Assembly (NCBI RefSeq): GCF_046297615.1
Contig: NZ_JBKBHM010000002.1
Location: 91,437 to 155,436 of the forward strand
Reading direction: 5' to 3'
Length of the DNA: 64,000 bases
Source of the DNA: Limnobacter sp.
GTDB lineage: Bacteria; Pseudomonadota; Gammaproteobacteria; Burkholderiales; Burkholderiaceae_B
The position numbers were made by a program, and so were the translations under genes. This document shows, piece after piece, positions 31,135 through 41,379 of the stretch. Position 1 is the stretch's first letter. Each line of letters starts with the position of its first letter. The notes below the pieces were generated by a model. That model worked only from the letters and a program-made list of their open reading frames with translations, was not told the origin of the DNA and did not search any database.

Positions 31135-33120
31135 ATGAATCGTGTATCGCTACTGAGTACGATTGCTGCGTTGCTCAGCGTTTTTGCATCCTCTGCTTGG
31201 TCGGCTGACCATCGTTTGGTTGTACGTTTTAAAGACGCGGATACCGGTCGGCTGTCGGCCAGTCAGTCGTACGACTATATTCAGGCGCGCGCCAAAAGCC
31301 GCGTTGAAAGCCTGGCTCGCGGTAATCGCATGGATGTGCGGTTTCTTCGCCCGTTTGAGAACAACAGCGCTGTGGCCGTCGTACCCGGCACCGAAAATGT
31401 TCAACAGGTGCTTCAACGTCTCCGTTCAGACCCCAATGTGCTTGATGTACAGGTCGACAGGCGTATTCGCCTGCATGCACAGTCGCCCTTGGTTGGTGTG
31501 TTGAACAGCCTCGATCCTTCGCTGCGTTCTCGCTCGTGGTTTCATCAGGACTTGGCTTCTCAGCGTGCTTCCATCAATACAGGCGCCATTTGGGCCAACT
31601 TCCATGGCACCAGCCCAACCGTGATTGCGGTTGTGGACACAGGCGTGTTGCCTTCACACCCTGCCTTGAAAGGCCATTTGCTGCCCGGTTATGACTTCGT
31701 AACCGACCCCTTCATTGCCAATGACGGCACGGCTGGCACCAATAGCCGGGATGCAGACCCGACAGACCCGGGTGATGCCCGTTCTTTGACGGATGTATCC
31801 ACCGACACGGCCTGCGGGCCGGTTAGTTCATCCACCTGGCATGGCACGTTTGTGTCCGCCTTATTGGCCGGCAACCCCGCTGTATCCGAAGGTATTTTTT
31901 CGGTGAATTGGAATGCAGTCGTGTTGCCTATTCGTGTGTTGGGCAAATGCGGTGGGTTTTCCACCGACTTGGCCGACGGTATACGTTGGGCCGCAGGTTT
32001 GCCCGTGGCGGGTGTGCCAGCCAACCCCTTCCCAGCCAAGGTGATTAACTTAAGCCTGGGCACTGATGGTGTGTGCAATGCTGGCATTGAAGGTGCCGCG
32101 GTGAGCGCAGCCAGGGCGGCGGGCTCCCTGGTTGTGGTGGCCACAGGCAATCAAAGCGGTACGTCTGATTCCCCCGCCAACTGCCCCGGTGCTTTTGCCG
32201 TGGCAGCGGTGGACCAAGAAGGTTTGAAGGCCGGTTACAGCAATGCAGATTCGTTTGTTCAATTGGTTGCCCCCGGGGGTGACGCCGCTTTCCCCATCTG
32301 GAGTGCGTCAAACACAGGCCCAACCACGGCGTTGACAAACACCTACGCCACCAAAATTGGCACCAGCTTTGCAGCGCCCATGGTGTCTGGCGCTGCGGGC
32401 ATGTTGCTGTCCTTGAACGGTGGGTTGAGCGTCTCGGCGGTTGAATCCTTGTTGAAGTCCACTGCCCGTCCATTCATCAGCGTGTCCGGGCGCGCTCAAT
32501 GCACCTCCGCGTTGGTGACGGGTAGTTGCGTGTGCAATGCGTCGTTTTGCGGCGCTGGCATGCTGGACGTGGCCAATCTCATCAACACCCAGCGCTCTGG
32601 CGGTTTAACCAACCTCTTCTCCAACACGGGTTCGGTCATTCCTCCCGGTCAAACACGCACCTTTTCCGCCGCGGGCAGCATCAACGCTGCGGGTGTGGAA
32701 CAAACTGCAGTCTCTTTCAGCGTGAGCAACGTGCAAGTGGCCGCTGGTTCCTCAGCGCAACCTGGTTTGGCAATCTCAGGCACATCGGTGGACGTCACAG
32801 CCCCGTCGGGTGTTCAAGCGTTTGATTTGGTGGCCAAAGTCGAAGGTGGCCGAACCAGTATCGTGTCCATTGTGGTTGAAAACCCTGGAAACACCTCAAC
32901 CACCCTGCTGACCGCCCTGCTCTCCCCGCTCTTGAATGCGTCTACCGTGTTCGATCCCAATATTGTGGGCGGCGGCGGTGCTTCGGGTCCAGTCACGGAT
33001 TCCGGTTCTTCACCGGCCGGTGGTGGGGGTTCAGGTGGCGGGGGTGGCCATTTGGGTGTCTTGGGCTTGTTGGGCTTGGCCTTGGGGCTTGCAATGTTGA
33101 AGCGCAGGCGTGTTGTTTAA
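31135..33120 (+). CDS. S8 family (subtilisin-like) serine peptidase with a C-terminal sorting-signal-like tail
   Basis: Signal peptide. Catalytic triad contexts are AVVDTGV (Asp), HGTFVSAL (His) and GTSFAAPMVSGAAG (Ser). The C-terminus is a Gly-rich tract, then a hydrophobic helix, then KRRR. Confidence 0.85.
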   Translation: MNRVSLLSTIAALLSVFASSAWSADHRLVVRFKDADTGRLSASQSYDYIQARAKSRVESLARGNRMDVRFLRPFENNSAVAVVPGTENVQQVLQRLRSDPNVLDVQVDRRIRLHAQSPLVGVLNSLDPSLRSRSWFHQDLASQRASINTGAIWANFHGTSPTVIAVVDTGVLPSHPALKGHLLPGYDFVTDPFIANDGTAGTNSRDADPTDPGDARSLTDVSTDTACGPVSSSTWHGTFVSALLAGNPAVSEGIFSVNWNAVVLPIRVLGKCGGFSTDLADGIRWAAGLPVAGVPANPFPAKVINLSLGTDGVCNAGIEGAAVSAARAAGSLVVVATGNQSGTSDSPANCPGAFAVAAVDQEGLKAGYSNADSFVQLVAPGGDAAFPIWSASNTGPTTALTNTYATKIGTSFAAPMVSGAAGMLLSLNGGLSVSAVESLLKSTARPFISVSGRAQCTSALVTGSCVCNASFCGAGMLDVANLINTQRSGGLTNLFSNTGSVIPPGQTRTFSAAGSINAAGVEQTAVSFSVSNVQVAAGSSAQPGLAISGTSVDVTAPSGVQAFDLVAKVEGGRTSIVSIVVENPGNTSTTLLTALLSPLLNASTVFDPNIVGGGGASGPVTDSGSSPAGGGGSGGGGGHLGVLGLLGLALGLAMLKRRRVV

Positions 33121-33247
33121 GTCAACAATATGGCTAACTGCTTGTTTTTGAATTAAAACAACAGTAGAAGTGATCCACCAATTCATTACATCAGTCAATG
33201 GTAAAGTTTAATTGCTGACCTACAGGTTAGTAATTTTGTTGTAACTG

Positions 33248-33478
33248 ATGAGGTTGATCATGAAATCACTCACTTCGTACCCCGGCGTACTTACCCTGTT
33301 GCTGGTGGCTGCAGGTCTGTTTATCAACGGACTGGTTGATTACATTAACTACGAAATGGCCAGCGCCAGCGTATTGGGCGCGTTCAGTTGCCTGATTTCT
33401 GCCATGGTTTTGGTGGGCGTTTACGAGTTTCGTAACTACCGCGACCGCCACAAAAGCCTGCCTTCCTCCAAGTCATAA
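33248..33478 (+). CDS. Small two-TM membrane protein, function unknown
   Basis: 76 aa with two clear hydrophobic helices. It is followed by a terminator hairpin. No family was recognised. Confidence 0.45.
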   Translation: MRLIMKSLTSYPGVLTLLLVAAGLFINGLVDYINYEMASASVLGAFSCLISAMVLVGVYEFRNYRDRHKSLPSSKS

Positions 33479-33501
33479 CTTGGGGCTGTAGAGGGTTCAA
33501 G

Positions 33502-33530
33502 CAGGCCGTTTGCACGGCCTGTTTGGCTTT
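33502..33530 (+). terminator. Rho-independent terminator
   Basis: caggccgt-ttgc-acggcctg is a perfect 8-bp stem, followed by tttggcttta. Confidence 0.5.
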
Positions 33531-33532
33531 AT

Positions 33533-34657
33533 TCAGCGGTTTGGTGTGCTTTTCTGAATGGTTTTCGGCAAAGTTGATGCAGGGTTGTCCGGAATTTTTG
33601 AGGACTGTTGGGCTGCAATCACGGCCTGCAAGTTCTTCTGGGTGCTCAGCGTGAGGGAATCTTTGTCCCCGAGCGCGTCTTTGCGGATCACGTAAGCACG
33701 GCTTAGTGCTTTCTCGGCCCGCTGAAGGTCCCCTGCCCTGTAAAGAACAACACCCAGGTTGTTCAACGACTGGCTGGTGCGAATGTCATTCGGGCCGAAC
33801 ACGGCCTGCCTGATTTCGAACGCCGTTTGGTAATTCACAGCCGCGTTCTTCAATTCATCGTCACGCATTTGCAGTGTGCCGAGAAAAGTCAGCACTTCGG
33901 CCGACACCGATTCCCGCTTCAGGTTATCTGTGGTGCCTACAATCTCGGCCAGGGCCAAAAAGCCCGCTTTGGCGTCCGCTTCCTTGTTCATGTCCAGCAA
34001 ACCGACCGCTTGATTCATCCGGGTTTCGATGGTGCGCGGATGCACCCTGCCCAAACGGATCTCATGAATGATTCTGGAGCGCTGAAAGGCTGCAAGCGCC
34101 TTCTCGGGTTGGTTCTGAAGCGCGTAGAACGTCCCAAGGGCATCCTGCAACACCCCCGCAGGCATGCTGAATCGGCCATTGTCGCGTTCAATGCGGCGTA
34201 TGGTGCTGTCCAGCAAATTTTGCGCTTCTTTCGGTTGCTCAAGCTGAACCAAGGTTTGTGCCATCAACACTTGCAGCCTCGCCCACTGCTCGCTGCCCAC
34301 TGGGTCAGCTTTTCCGGGGGTAATGTACTGGGCCGCTTCATTCCAGGTGTTCAGCGCCAGTCGGGGTTCGTTCTGGGCCAGATAGGCCTTGCCCAGCGTT
34401 TCAAGCACCGACAGACGCCTTTGACGAGTGATGGGGACAGTCAGCTCGTTGCGACAGGTGTCAACCGTAGCGCTCAGGCTTTGTTCTGAAAAACTCGACT
34501 CACAACGGCTGACCGTGGTGGATGTCCCACTTTGGGCCATGGCCGATGGGTGGGCCAACACCATGGCACCTGCCAAGGCTGCGGGCCAAAGCACACGCGC
34601 TGTCAGGGTCGAAAAACGCGCAGCCGTGTTGGCCTGCGTGATGAAGGATTGGGGCAT
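33533..34657 (-). CDS. Secreted tetratricopeptide (TPR) repeat protein
   Basis: Signal peptide ...AHPSAMA. Multiple TPR-like units (A-Y/F-A-G--- patterns, e.g. LNNLGVVLYRAGDLQRAEKAL). Confidence 0.7.
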   Translation of the reverse strand: MPQSFITQANTAARFSTLTARVLWPAALAGAMVLAHPSAMAQSGTSTTVSRCESSFSEQSLSATVDTCRNELTVPITRQRRLSVLETLGKAYLAQNEPRLALNTWNEAAQYITPGKADPVGSEQWARLQVLMAQTLVQLEQPKEAQNLLDSTIRRIERDNGRFSMPAGVLQDALGTFYALQNQPEKALAAFQRSRIIHEIRLGRVHPRTIETRMNQAVGLLDMNKEADAKAGFLALAEIVGTTDNLKRESVSAEVLTFLGTLQMRDDELKNAAVNYQTAFEIRQAVFGPNDIRTSQSLNNLGVVLYRAGDLQRAEKALSRAYVIRKDALGDKDSLTLSTQKNLQAVIAAQQSSKIPDNPASTLPKTIQKSTPNR

Positions 34658-34765
34658 TCAGACTCGTCCAGTGATCAGATCTCGTTGTTGTATTTGAGCG
34701 CCGCGACTAAAACCATTTGACGCCATGGGCAGTACAAATGACATGTGAATGCACGATCGTTAATC

Positions 34766-34993
34766 ATGTCCAGCCCTACCTCACCGCTCAACCCTGTTGA
34801 AAATCTCGGCCAGAAGTTTGAAACTTTGGCCGTGGTTGATAGACTAATTGAGGAGAATCAGGCGCTCAGGCATGAGCTTACAATAAAAACGCAACGATTA
34901 AGGACACTTCAAAAAGCCGTACACGCCTTTTTGATGCAGTCCGACGACGAGGGGTCCACCGCTTTGCTCATGCAGTTGAGCCGGGAGGTTTGA
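34766..34993 (+). CDS. Small coiled-coil protein, function unknown
   Basis: 75 aa from ATG 34766, with heptad-like LIEENQALRHELTIKTQRLRTLQKAV. Its stop abuts the next ATG (TGAATG). Confidence 0.4.
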   Translation: MSSPTSPLNPVENLGQKFETLAVVDRLIEENQALRHELTIKTQRLRTLQKAVHAFLMQSDDEGSTALLMQLSREV

Positions 34994-35464
34994 ATGGCAG
35001 ATTTTGATTTCAACGAATGGGCCAATCTGCATGCTGTAGACCCTGAGGCCTTCGACGCCCGCAAAGACGCCGTGTTGGCCCAATTGGTTGAACGCACTGC
35101 GCCTGAAAACCGTCTCGGCATGGAACAGGCCTTGTTCCGCATACGCATGAATCAGGAACGTGCCAAAAGCCCACTCCAATCTGCCATGCAGGCCAACAAA
35201 CTGATGTGGGAATCGTTTGGTGTGTTGCGTCAGCAGTTGGAGCAATTGACCGAGGCCACCGCTGAAAGCACGGCCCATCAAGCCCCTGTGCTGAAACGCG
35301 GCAGCAACCGGCTGCGTTTGATCAACCCGGACTCCCCGGAGTTGGCCGATTCAACCACCACCATGGCTGGCGCGGCTGTATCGTCCGTGGTTGAAACCCA
35401 GCAGCCGGCTGTTCCAAGCGCTAAAGTCCTGGCTTTCAGGGCTTCAAACAAACCCGTCCACTGA
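34994..35464 (+). CDS. DUF3135-like hypothetical protein
   Basis: FDFNEWANLHAVDPEAFDARKDAVLAQL... resembles my recollection of DUF3135, which is not verified. It is coupled to the preceding small ORF. Confidence 0.5.
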   Translation: MADFDFNEWANLHAVDPEAFDARKDAVLAQLVERTAPENRLGMEQALFRIRMNQERAKSPLQSAMQANKLMWESFGVLRQQLEQLTEATAESTAHQAPVLKRGSNRLRLINPDSPELADSTTTMAGAAVSSVVETQQPAVPSAKVLAFRASNKPVH

Positions 35465-36149
35465 CGGACACGCTGTTCTGGCTGCTGCCTGCAGCCGCCG
35501 ACACTTCCATGCCCGACTTGGCCATCATGTCGGCTGAGGCGGCGTACATGCGCCCCACCATGGGTACAGGGCGCCCGCCTTGTTCATCATTGATGCTCAA
35601 TTCCGCCAAGGTGTAACCGCTGCGCGAAAAGCCCTGCGCCACCAGTTGGGCTTTGGTCTGGAATTCCTTCATGGCTTCTTGCAACAGTTTGGCCCTGCTG
35701 GCCTCCAGCGTTGCCTGGCTGGGAAAGTATTCCAGGTTGCTCAGGGTCAAACCATCCGCCACTTTCAGTGCGCCCTGGGTTTTCAGGGCCTGCACTTTCA
35801 TTTCAAAGGACAATGTGCCGATGGCTTGCCAAGTGCTGATGGTCCTGTCCTTGTTGGTGTATTGGGGGAAGGTCTGAATGTTGTTGCGGATCTTGCTGAC
35901 CTCTGGGTTCTTGCTCAGGTTGGTGATGGATGTCTCCAAGGCCTTGTTCACTGCGCCCATGGCTTCGGCCGCCTGCGGCGTCTGAACTTGTATCTGCCAG
36001 TTCAGGCGAACCATGTCGTTGCTGATTTCTTCCTGGCTGCTCGCGGTCAGTTGGGCTGCCGGCAGTTTGTCGCACTGATCGGCCAAGGCGTTGGTGCTTA
36101 CGCCCAAAGCGAGCAGCACAGTCAAGGAGAGTGGGTTCAGTTTCATCAA
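35436..36149 (-). CDS. SIMPL domain (DUF541/YggE-like) periplasmic protein
   Basis: Signal peptide MMKLNPLSLTVLLALGVSTNALA. Size and composition are typical of SIMPL proteins. The assignment is tentative. Confidence 0.6.
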   Translation of the reverse strand: MMKLNPLSLTVLLALGVSTNALADQCDKLPAAQLTASSQEEISNDMVRLNWQIQVQTPQAAEAMGAVNKALETSITNLSKNPEVSKIRNNIQTFPQYTNKDRTISTWQAIGTLSFEMKVQALKTQGALKVADGLTLSNLEYFPSQATLEASRAKLLQEAMKEFQTKAQLVAQGFSRSGYTLAELSINDEQGGRPVPMVGRMYAASADMMAKSGMEVSAAAGSSQNSVSVSGRVCLKP

Positions 36150-36311
36150 GTGGTCCTGTAAGGTGGTGGGAATCAGACAATCGAATGCCCTGTGCGGGTG
36201 TGCTGTCGGACATTCATGCCCGGTGCACTGGTCCCGTTGTTACAATAAGTTTTGGCTGTTTTAAACCGGCCGCACTTCAAACTTAACGCAAAAACGGACT
36301 GGCGTGCTGAC

Positions 36312-37388
36312 ATGGCGGAGTCGTCAAAACAATACAAAACCCTAGTCAGTATCCTGTTCACCGTACTCATCGTACTGGGCGCAGCAGTGGTGCTCAAACC
36401 GTTTTTGCTGGCCATTTTGTGGGCGGCCATTATTGCCACCGCGTTCTGGCCTTTGCATCAACACATCCGTGGCCGTTTCCCCGGGCGTAAAAATCTGCCA
36501 GCGTTTACCAGCACACTGGTGGTGGCCCTGCTGTTGGTCGGCCCGATGATCGCCCTCTTCGCTTTCATGGTGTTCGATGTGCTGGAAATTCTCGATTTCT
36601 TGCGAACCGCCGACACCGAGGGGGTAACGCGTCCGAAATGGCTGGCCCAAGTGCCACTGTTTGGTGATGTGCTGGTTGGGCTGTGGAGAAAGTATTTGAG
36701 TGTTCCACGGCAAATCACCGGCTTGTTGCGTGAAAGCCTGTCGCAGCCACTCACCCTGCTGCAAAGCACAGTGTCCTTGCTGTTTGTGGATTTCTTCAGC
36801 CGTGTCGCCACCCTGTTTTTTGCCTTGTGGGTCTTGTTCTTCTGTTTTCGCGATGGCTCGTCCATCACCATTCGGCTCAACCGAATTGGTACGGAATGGT
36901 TGGGCGCTCGGTGGCGGCCCTATGTCTCGCACATGCCCCCTGCCCTGCGGGCCGCGGTGAACGGTTTGGTGATTGTCAGCTTTGCCGAGGCCGTTATTTT
37001 GTCGGCACTGTTTTATGTGTGTGGGGTGTTTGCCCCGGTTATTTTTGGCACGGCCACAGCCTTGATCGCGTTCATTCCCATGGCTGCCCCGGCTTTGTTG
37101 GGCATTCTGGGTATGGTGCTGATTCTGTCGGGCAATGGTGGTGAAGCCATTGTGCTGATGACCACCGGCATGTTGGTCGTGATGGTGGCCGACTACCTCA
37201 TTCGGCCTTTGCTGATTCAAGGCGGTACCCACCTTCCCTTCCTGGCCGTGTTATTTGGGGTGTTTGGTGGTGTGATTACCATGGGCATGGTTGGCCTGAT
37301 CATCGGCCCGGTCCTGTTGGTGTTGCTGGTGGTGTTTTTTGATGAAGCCTCGCACCCAGCCCCACGTGATACCCTTGCCGACAAATGA
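36312..37388 (+). CDS. AI-2E family transporter (PerM/YhhT-like permease)
   Basis: Multi-pass membrane protein with the typical KPFLLAILWAAIIA start region and a C-terminal G-rich helix pattern. Confidence 0.8.
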   Translation: MAESSKQYKTLVSILFTVLIVLGAAVVLKPFLLAILWAAIIATAFWPLHQHIRGRFPGRKNLPAFTSTLVVALLLVGPMIALFAFMVFDVLEILDFLRTADTEGVTRPKWLAQVPLFGDVLVGLWRKYLSVPRQITGLLRESLSQPLTLLQSTVSLLFVDFFSRVATLFFALWVLFFCFRDGSSITIRLNRIGTEWLGARWRPYVSHMPPALRAAVNGLVIVSFAEAVILSALFYVCGVFAPVIFGTATALIAFIPMAAPALLGILGMVLILSGNGGEAIVLMTTGMLVVMVADYLIRPLLIQGGTHLPFLAVLFGVFGGVITMGMVGLIIGPVLLVLLVVFFDEASHPAPRDTLADK

Positions 37389-37450
37389 ACCGCAAGAGTG
37401 CCTGAGACACATTCCTGCCCAGCTTTAATCCATTCCATCGAGAGCGCACT

Positions 37451-38701
37451 ATGAATGCAGCCAACACCCCCCGTTTTCCGGACCGAATCGGTACACCCTT
37501 GTCACCCACTGCCGTCAAGGTGATGTTGCTGGGCAGCGGCGAGCTGGGCAAAGAAGTCATCATCGCGTTTCAGCGTTTGGGTGTCGAAGTGATTGCTGTC
37601 GACCGTTATGCGGATGCGCCAGGCCACCAAGTGGCCCATCGGGCCCATGTGATCGACATGACTGACGCTCACCAATTGAAACAGTTGATTGCGCAAGAGC
37701 GCCCCCACATTGTGGTGCCGGAAATTGAAGCCATTGCCACCCCCGCCTTGAAAGAACTCGAAGCCCAAGGCACCGTCCGTGTAGTGCCCACAGCCAACGC
37801 CGCTTGGCTAACCATGAACCGGGAGGGAATTCGCCGTTTGGCAGCAGAGGAGTTGGGCTTGGCGTGTTCGCGGTATGCCTTTGCCGATGACTTTGCCACC
37901 TTGAAGAAGGCGGTTGAAGTGGGGCTGGATGGGAAGCCCGCGATTGGATACCCCTGCATCATCAAGCCAGTGATGTCGTCGTCGGGTAAGGGGCAATCCA
38001 AAGTAGACAGCGCCGACGAGCTGCAGGCCGCTTGGGATTACGCAGGCAGCGCGGGCCGAGTGAATGCCGGAAGAGTCATTGTGGAGTCAGTGGTTCACTT
38101 CGATTACGAGATCACGCTGCTCACGGTGCGCAGCCGTGAGGCGGGTGGTCAAGCGATTGTCACCAGTTATTGCGAACCCGTGGGCCATGTACAGGTCAGT
38201 GGCGACTATGTGGAAAGCTGGCAGCCGCAGGCCATGTCCACCGCAGCACTGGGCATTGCAAAAGCCATGGCCGACAAAGTGACCACGGCCTTGGGTGGTA
38301 CGGGTTTGTTCGGCGTGGAAATGTTTGTGAAAGGCGATGAGGTGTGGTTTTCGGAAGTCAGCCCTCGCCCTCACGACACTGGCATGGTCACCATGATTAC
38401 CCAGTGGCAAAACGAGTTTGAACTGCATGCCCGCGCAATTTTAGGACTGCCGGTGGATGTCACTTTGAAAACACCCGGTGCCAGCGCGGTGATTTACGGC
38501 GGCATGGAAGCCCAAGGCATTGCCTTTGAAGGCGTGGCCCAGGCGCTTGAGGAGCCGGGCACTGATTTGCGGTTGTTTGGCAAACCCGAATCGTTTGCGA
38601 AACGACGCATGGGTGTGGCTTTGGCCCGTGACCCCGATGTCAACGAGGCCCGTGCCAAAGCCAAGCGGGCCGTAGCCCGCGTGAAGCCGGTTCGCCCGTA
38701 A
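37451..38701 (+). CDS. purT: Formate-dependent phosphoribosylglycinamide formyltransferase
   Basis: ATP-grasp. [31 protein letters not shown]. Confidence 0.93.
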   Translation: MNAANTPRFPDRIGTPLSPTAVKVMLLGSGELGKEVIIAFQRLGVEVIAVDRYADAPGHQVAHRAHVIDMTDAHQLKQLIAQERPHIVVPEIEAIATPALKELEAQGTVRVVPTANAAWLTMNREGIRRLAAEELGLACSRYAFADDFATLKKAVEVGLDGKPAIGYPCIIKPVMSSSGKGQSKVDSADELQAAWDYAGSAGRVNAGRVIVESVVHFDYEITLLTVRSREAGGQAIVTSYCEPVGHVQVSGDYVESWQPQAMSTAALGIAKAMADKVTTALGGTGLFGVEMFVKGDEVWFSEVSPRPHDTGMVTMITQWQNEFELHARAILGLPVDVTLKTPGASAVIYGGMEAQGIAFEGVAQALEEPGTDLRLFGKPESFAKRRMGVALARDPDVNEARAKAKRAVARVKPVRP

Positions 38702-38705
38702 GCGC

Positions 38706-40304
38706 TTAGTGAAGGCCTTGGCTTTGTCGGTATTCGTCGTAGGTGCCGCGGTAATCGACAAGGCCATCTTCCCGCATTTCAATGATGCGGGTGGCCACAC
38801 CCTCAATAAACTGACGGTCATGGGACACGATGAACACCGTGCCTTCAAACTTTTCCAGGGCGTACTGCAGGCTTTCAATGCTTTCCATGTCCAAGTGGTT
38901 GGTGGGTTCGTCCATCAACAGCACGTTGTGACGGCCCAGCATCAAGCGGCCAAACACCAATCGGTTTTTCTCACCGCCTGAACACACTTTTGCCTGCTTG
39001 GTGATGTCGTCCTGAGAAAACAGCAGGCGGCCCAGAATGCTTCGAATGGCTTGGTCGTCATCGCCTTCCTGCGCGTAACGCTCAACCCATTGCGTCAGGT
39101 TGTGGTTGCCTTGGAATTCATCGCTCACGTCCTGCGCCATGTAGCCGCGGTTGGCGTTTTCGGACCATTTCACTTCACCGCCTGTGGGCTCCATCACACC
39201 AGCCAACAGCTTGAGCAAGGTTGTTTTACCCGTACCGTTGCCACCCACAATGCCCACTTTGTCGCCCGCTTCAATCATCAGGTTGAGTTTGCGAATAACT
39301 GAGTTGTCGCCATAGGCGTGGGACACGTTTTCAAGCTCCACAGCCAGCCTGTGCATTTTCTTGGCTTGCTCAAACCGGATAAACGGGTTTTGGCGCGAAG
39401 ATGGCTTAAGCACCACCGTGTCCGCCTTGATCTTTTCAATTTGCTTTTGGCGCGAGGTGGCTTGGCGGGCCTTTGACTTGTTGGCTGCAAATCGGCGAAC
39501 GAAATCCTGCAGGTCTGAAATCCGTTCCTTGGCACGCGCATTGGCGGCCTGGGCGCGTTCGCGGGCTTGGGCCGCGGCTAACATGTAGTCGTCATAGTTG
39601 CCGGGAACAACCTGCAGCGTGCCATAGTCCAGGTCGGCCATGTGAGTGCACACGGCATTCAGAAAGTGGCGGTCGTGGGAAATGATGATCATGGTGCTCT
39701 CGTAATCGTTGAGCACATCTTCCAGCCAGGCAATGGTGTTGATGTCCAGGTTGTTGGTGGGTTCGTCCAGCAGCAACACATCGGGTTTCGAAAACAGGGC
39801 CTGCGCCAGCAGAACACGCAGCTTCCAGCCCGGTGCAATTTCGCTCATCAAGCCGTTGTGCTGTTCAGTGGGAATGCCCGCGCCCAACAACAACTGCCCT
39901 GCCCTGGCCTCGGCTTCATAGCCACCGTACTCGGCATACACCGTCTCAAGCTCGGCGGCGCGCATATAGTCTTCGTCGGTGGCTTCGGGGTTGGCATACA
40001 GGGCGTCGCGCTCGGTCATGGCGCCCCACATTTCCTTGTGGCCCATCATCACCACATCCAGCACGCGAAAGTCTTCATAGGCAAACTGGTCTTGGCTCAG
40101 TTTGCCCAATCGGACGTTTGGGTCTACCACCACGGTGCCGTGAGTGGGTTCCAAATCGCCCCCGAGAATTTTCATCAATGTTGATTTACCGCACCCGTTG
40201 GCCCCAATCAGGCCATAGCGGTTACCATCGCCAAATTTGGCATTGATGTTTTCAAACAGGGGTTTGGCACCAAATTGAATGGTGATGTTGGCAGCAGTTA
40301 ACAT
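38706..40304 (-). CDS. ybiT: ABC-F family ATPase YbiT
   Basis: Collinear by eye with E. coli YbiT throughout: ...[33 protein letters not shown]..., two ABC cassettes, and no TM segments. Confidence 0.92.
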   Translation of the reverse strand: MLTAANITIQFGAKPLFENINAKFGDGNRYGLIGANGCGKSTLMKILGGDLEPTHGTVVVDPNVRLGKLSQDQFAYEDFRVLDVVMMGHKEMWGAMTERDALYANPEATDEDYMRAAELETVYAEYGGYEAEARAGQLLLGAGIPTEQHNGLMSEIAPGWKLRVLLAQALFSKPDVLLLDEPTNNLDINTIAWLEDVLNDYESTMIIISHDRHFLNAVCTHMADLDYGTLQVVPGNYDDYMLAAAQARERAQAANARAKERISDLQDFVRRFAANKSKARQATSRQKQIEKIKADTVVLKPSSRQNPFIRFEQAKKMHRLAVELENVSHAYGDNSVIRKLNLMIEAGDKVGIVGGNGTGKTTLLKLLAGVMEPTGGEVKWSENANRGYMAQDVSDEFQGNHNLTQWVERYAQEGDDDQAIRSILGRLLFSQDDITKQAKVCSGGEKNRLVFGRLMLGRHNVLLMDEPTNHLDMESIESLQYALEKFEGTVFIVSHDRQFIEGVATRIIEMREDGLVDYRGTYDEYRQSQGLH

Positions 40305-40332
40305 GGGGAATCAGCGGTTCAAAAGTGAAAAT

Positions 40333-41379
40333 TCAAAGTGTTTGGGTCAGCACGCAGCGCAGGCTGTGGTTCAGGTTGTCGTCCACATCGTGTTCAATGG
40401 ACAGCACCGCGTTAACGCCCTGGTAAAAACAGGCCTTTGGCCGCACGTGCCCAAACGGAAAGTTGCTCAGTATGGCAGGGGCAGGTTTGTTGCCGAGGCT
40501 TAACTTCTCGTGTACACATGCAATGGCGTCGTTCAGGGCATAACCACCATCGTGCTCATGGGGTTTGGGCTCACTGAACTGGCCGAGAATGATGGCCTTT
40601 TGTTGCTGCAATACACCGGCATGCAGCAACTGCATCAGCATTCGTTCAATCTTGTACACCGGCTCATTCACGTCTTCCAGAATCAGAATGCCGCCTTCCA
40701 TATTTGGCCAATGCGGGGTGCCCAACAGGCTGGTCAACATCACCAAATTGCCGCCCCACGCTGGCCCTTCCAGACGTACCGAGCCCGCCCTGCCTTGGTG
40801 AAAGCCACTGGTCCAAGGCACTTCGACACGGCCTTCAAACACCGCTTCTTCAAAGTGACGGTAGGTGGTGGGCGACACACCTGCCTCATCGCCAAAGTCG
40901 AAACACACCATGGGGCCATGCAAAAGGCGCAGGCTGCTTAAAGCTGCGCTGTCACCCGATGTTTGGGCCAAGCCCAGCCTCGCCAACAAAGGGTCTGCCG
41001 TAGTGTGCTTGGCTTGCAGGTTTCGGCTGGCATTCAACAGCGCCAGTTGCAAGGCGGTCACATCGCTGTGGCCACACAAGGTCAACCCCTGCGCAACCAT
41101 GGCCTCACACCAGCGCTGCAAAGGCATTTGGCCCAACAGTCGGCTTAGGCCGTACCCACCGCGCGAGGCCATGATGGTGGCTGGCCCCGGGTGATGAAAG
41201 GCGGTGTCCAGCGCTGCAAGGCGTTCCTCGTCATTGCCGGCAAAACGATGTACCCGCAGGCGGGTCTGGGGTGTTTCGCTGACTTCGAAGCCAGCCTGTT
41301 GCAAGGCGGCAATGCCACGGTCCAGCGCACTGGCATCGGTCAGCGCACCGCTGGGCGAGCACACCAGAATCTGGTTCAT
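40333..41379 (-). CDS. LD-carboxypeptidase (peptidase S66, LdcA-like)
   Basis: Internal start MNQILVCSPSG.... Motifs seen: SRGGYG, GHSDVT, FPFGH. ATGA overlap with the tadA stop. Confidence 0.8.
   Translation of the reverse strand: MNQILVCSPSGALTDASALDRGIAALQQAGFEVSETPQTRLRVHRFAGNDEERLAALDTAFHHPGPATIMASRGGYGLSRLLGQMPLQRWCEAMVAQGLTLCGHSDVTALQLALLNASRNLQAKHTTADPLLARLGLAQTSGDSAALSSLRLLHGPMVCFDFGDEAGVSPTTYRHFEEAVFEGRVEVPWTSGFHQGRAGSVRLEGPAWGGNLVMLTSLLGTPHWPNMEGGILILEDVNEPVYKIERMLMQLLHAGVLQQQKAIILGQFSEPKPHEHDGGYALNDAIACVHEKLSLGNKPAPAILSNFPFGHVRPKACFYQGVNAVLSIEHDVDDNLNHSLRCVLTQTL

Noticed and set aside
31017-31208. 63-aa ORF upstream of and overlapping the S8 peptidase start
   Set aside because: It overlaps the peptidase signal-peptide coding region in another frame. 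It has no RBS or family support.
36342-37232. 296-aa ORF on the - strand
   Set aside because: It is antisense to the AI-2E permease. The His/Gln/Gly-rich translation is not protein-like.
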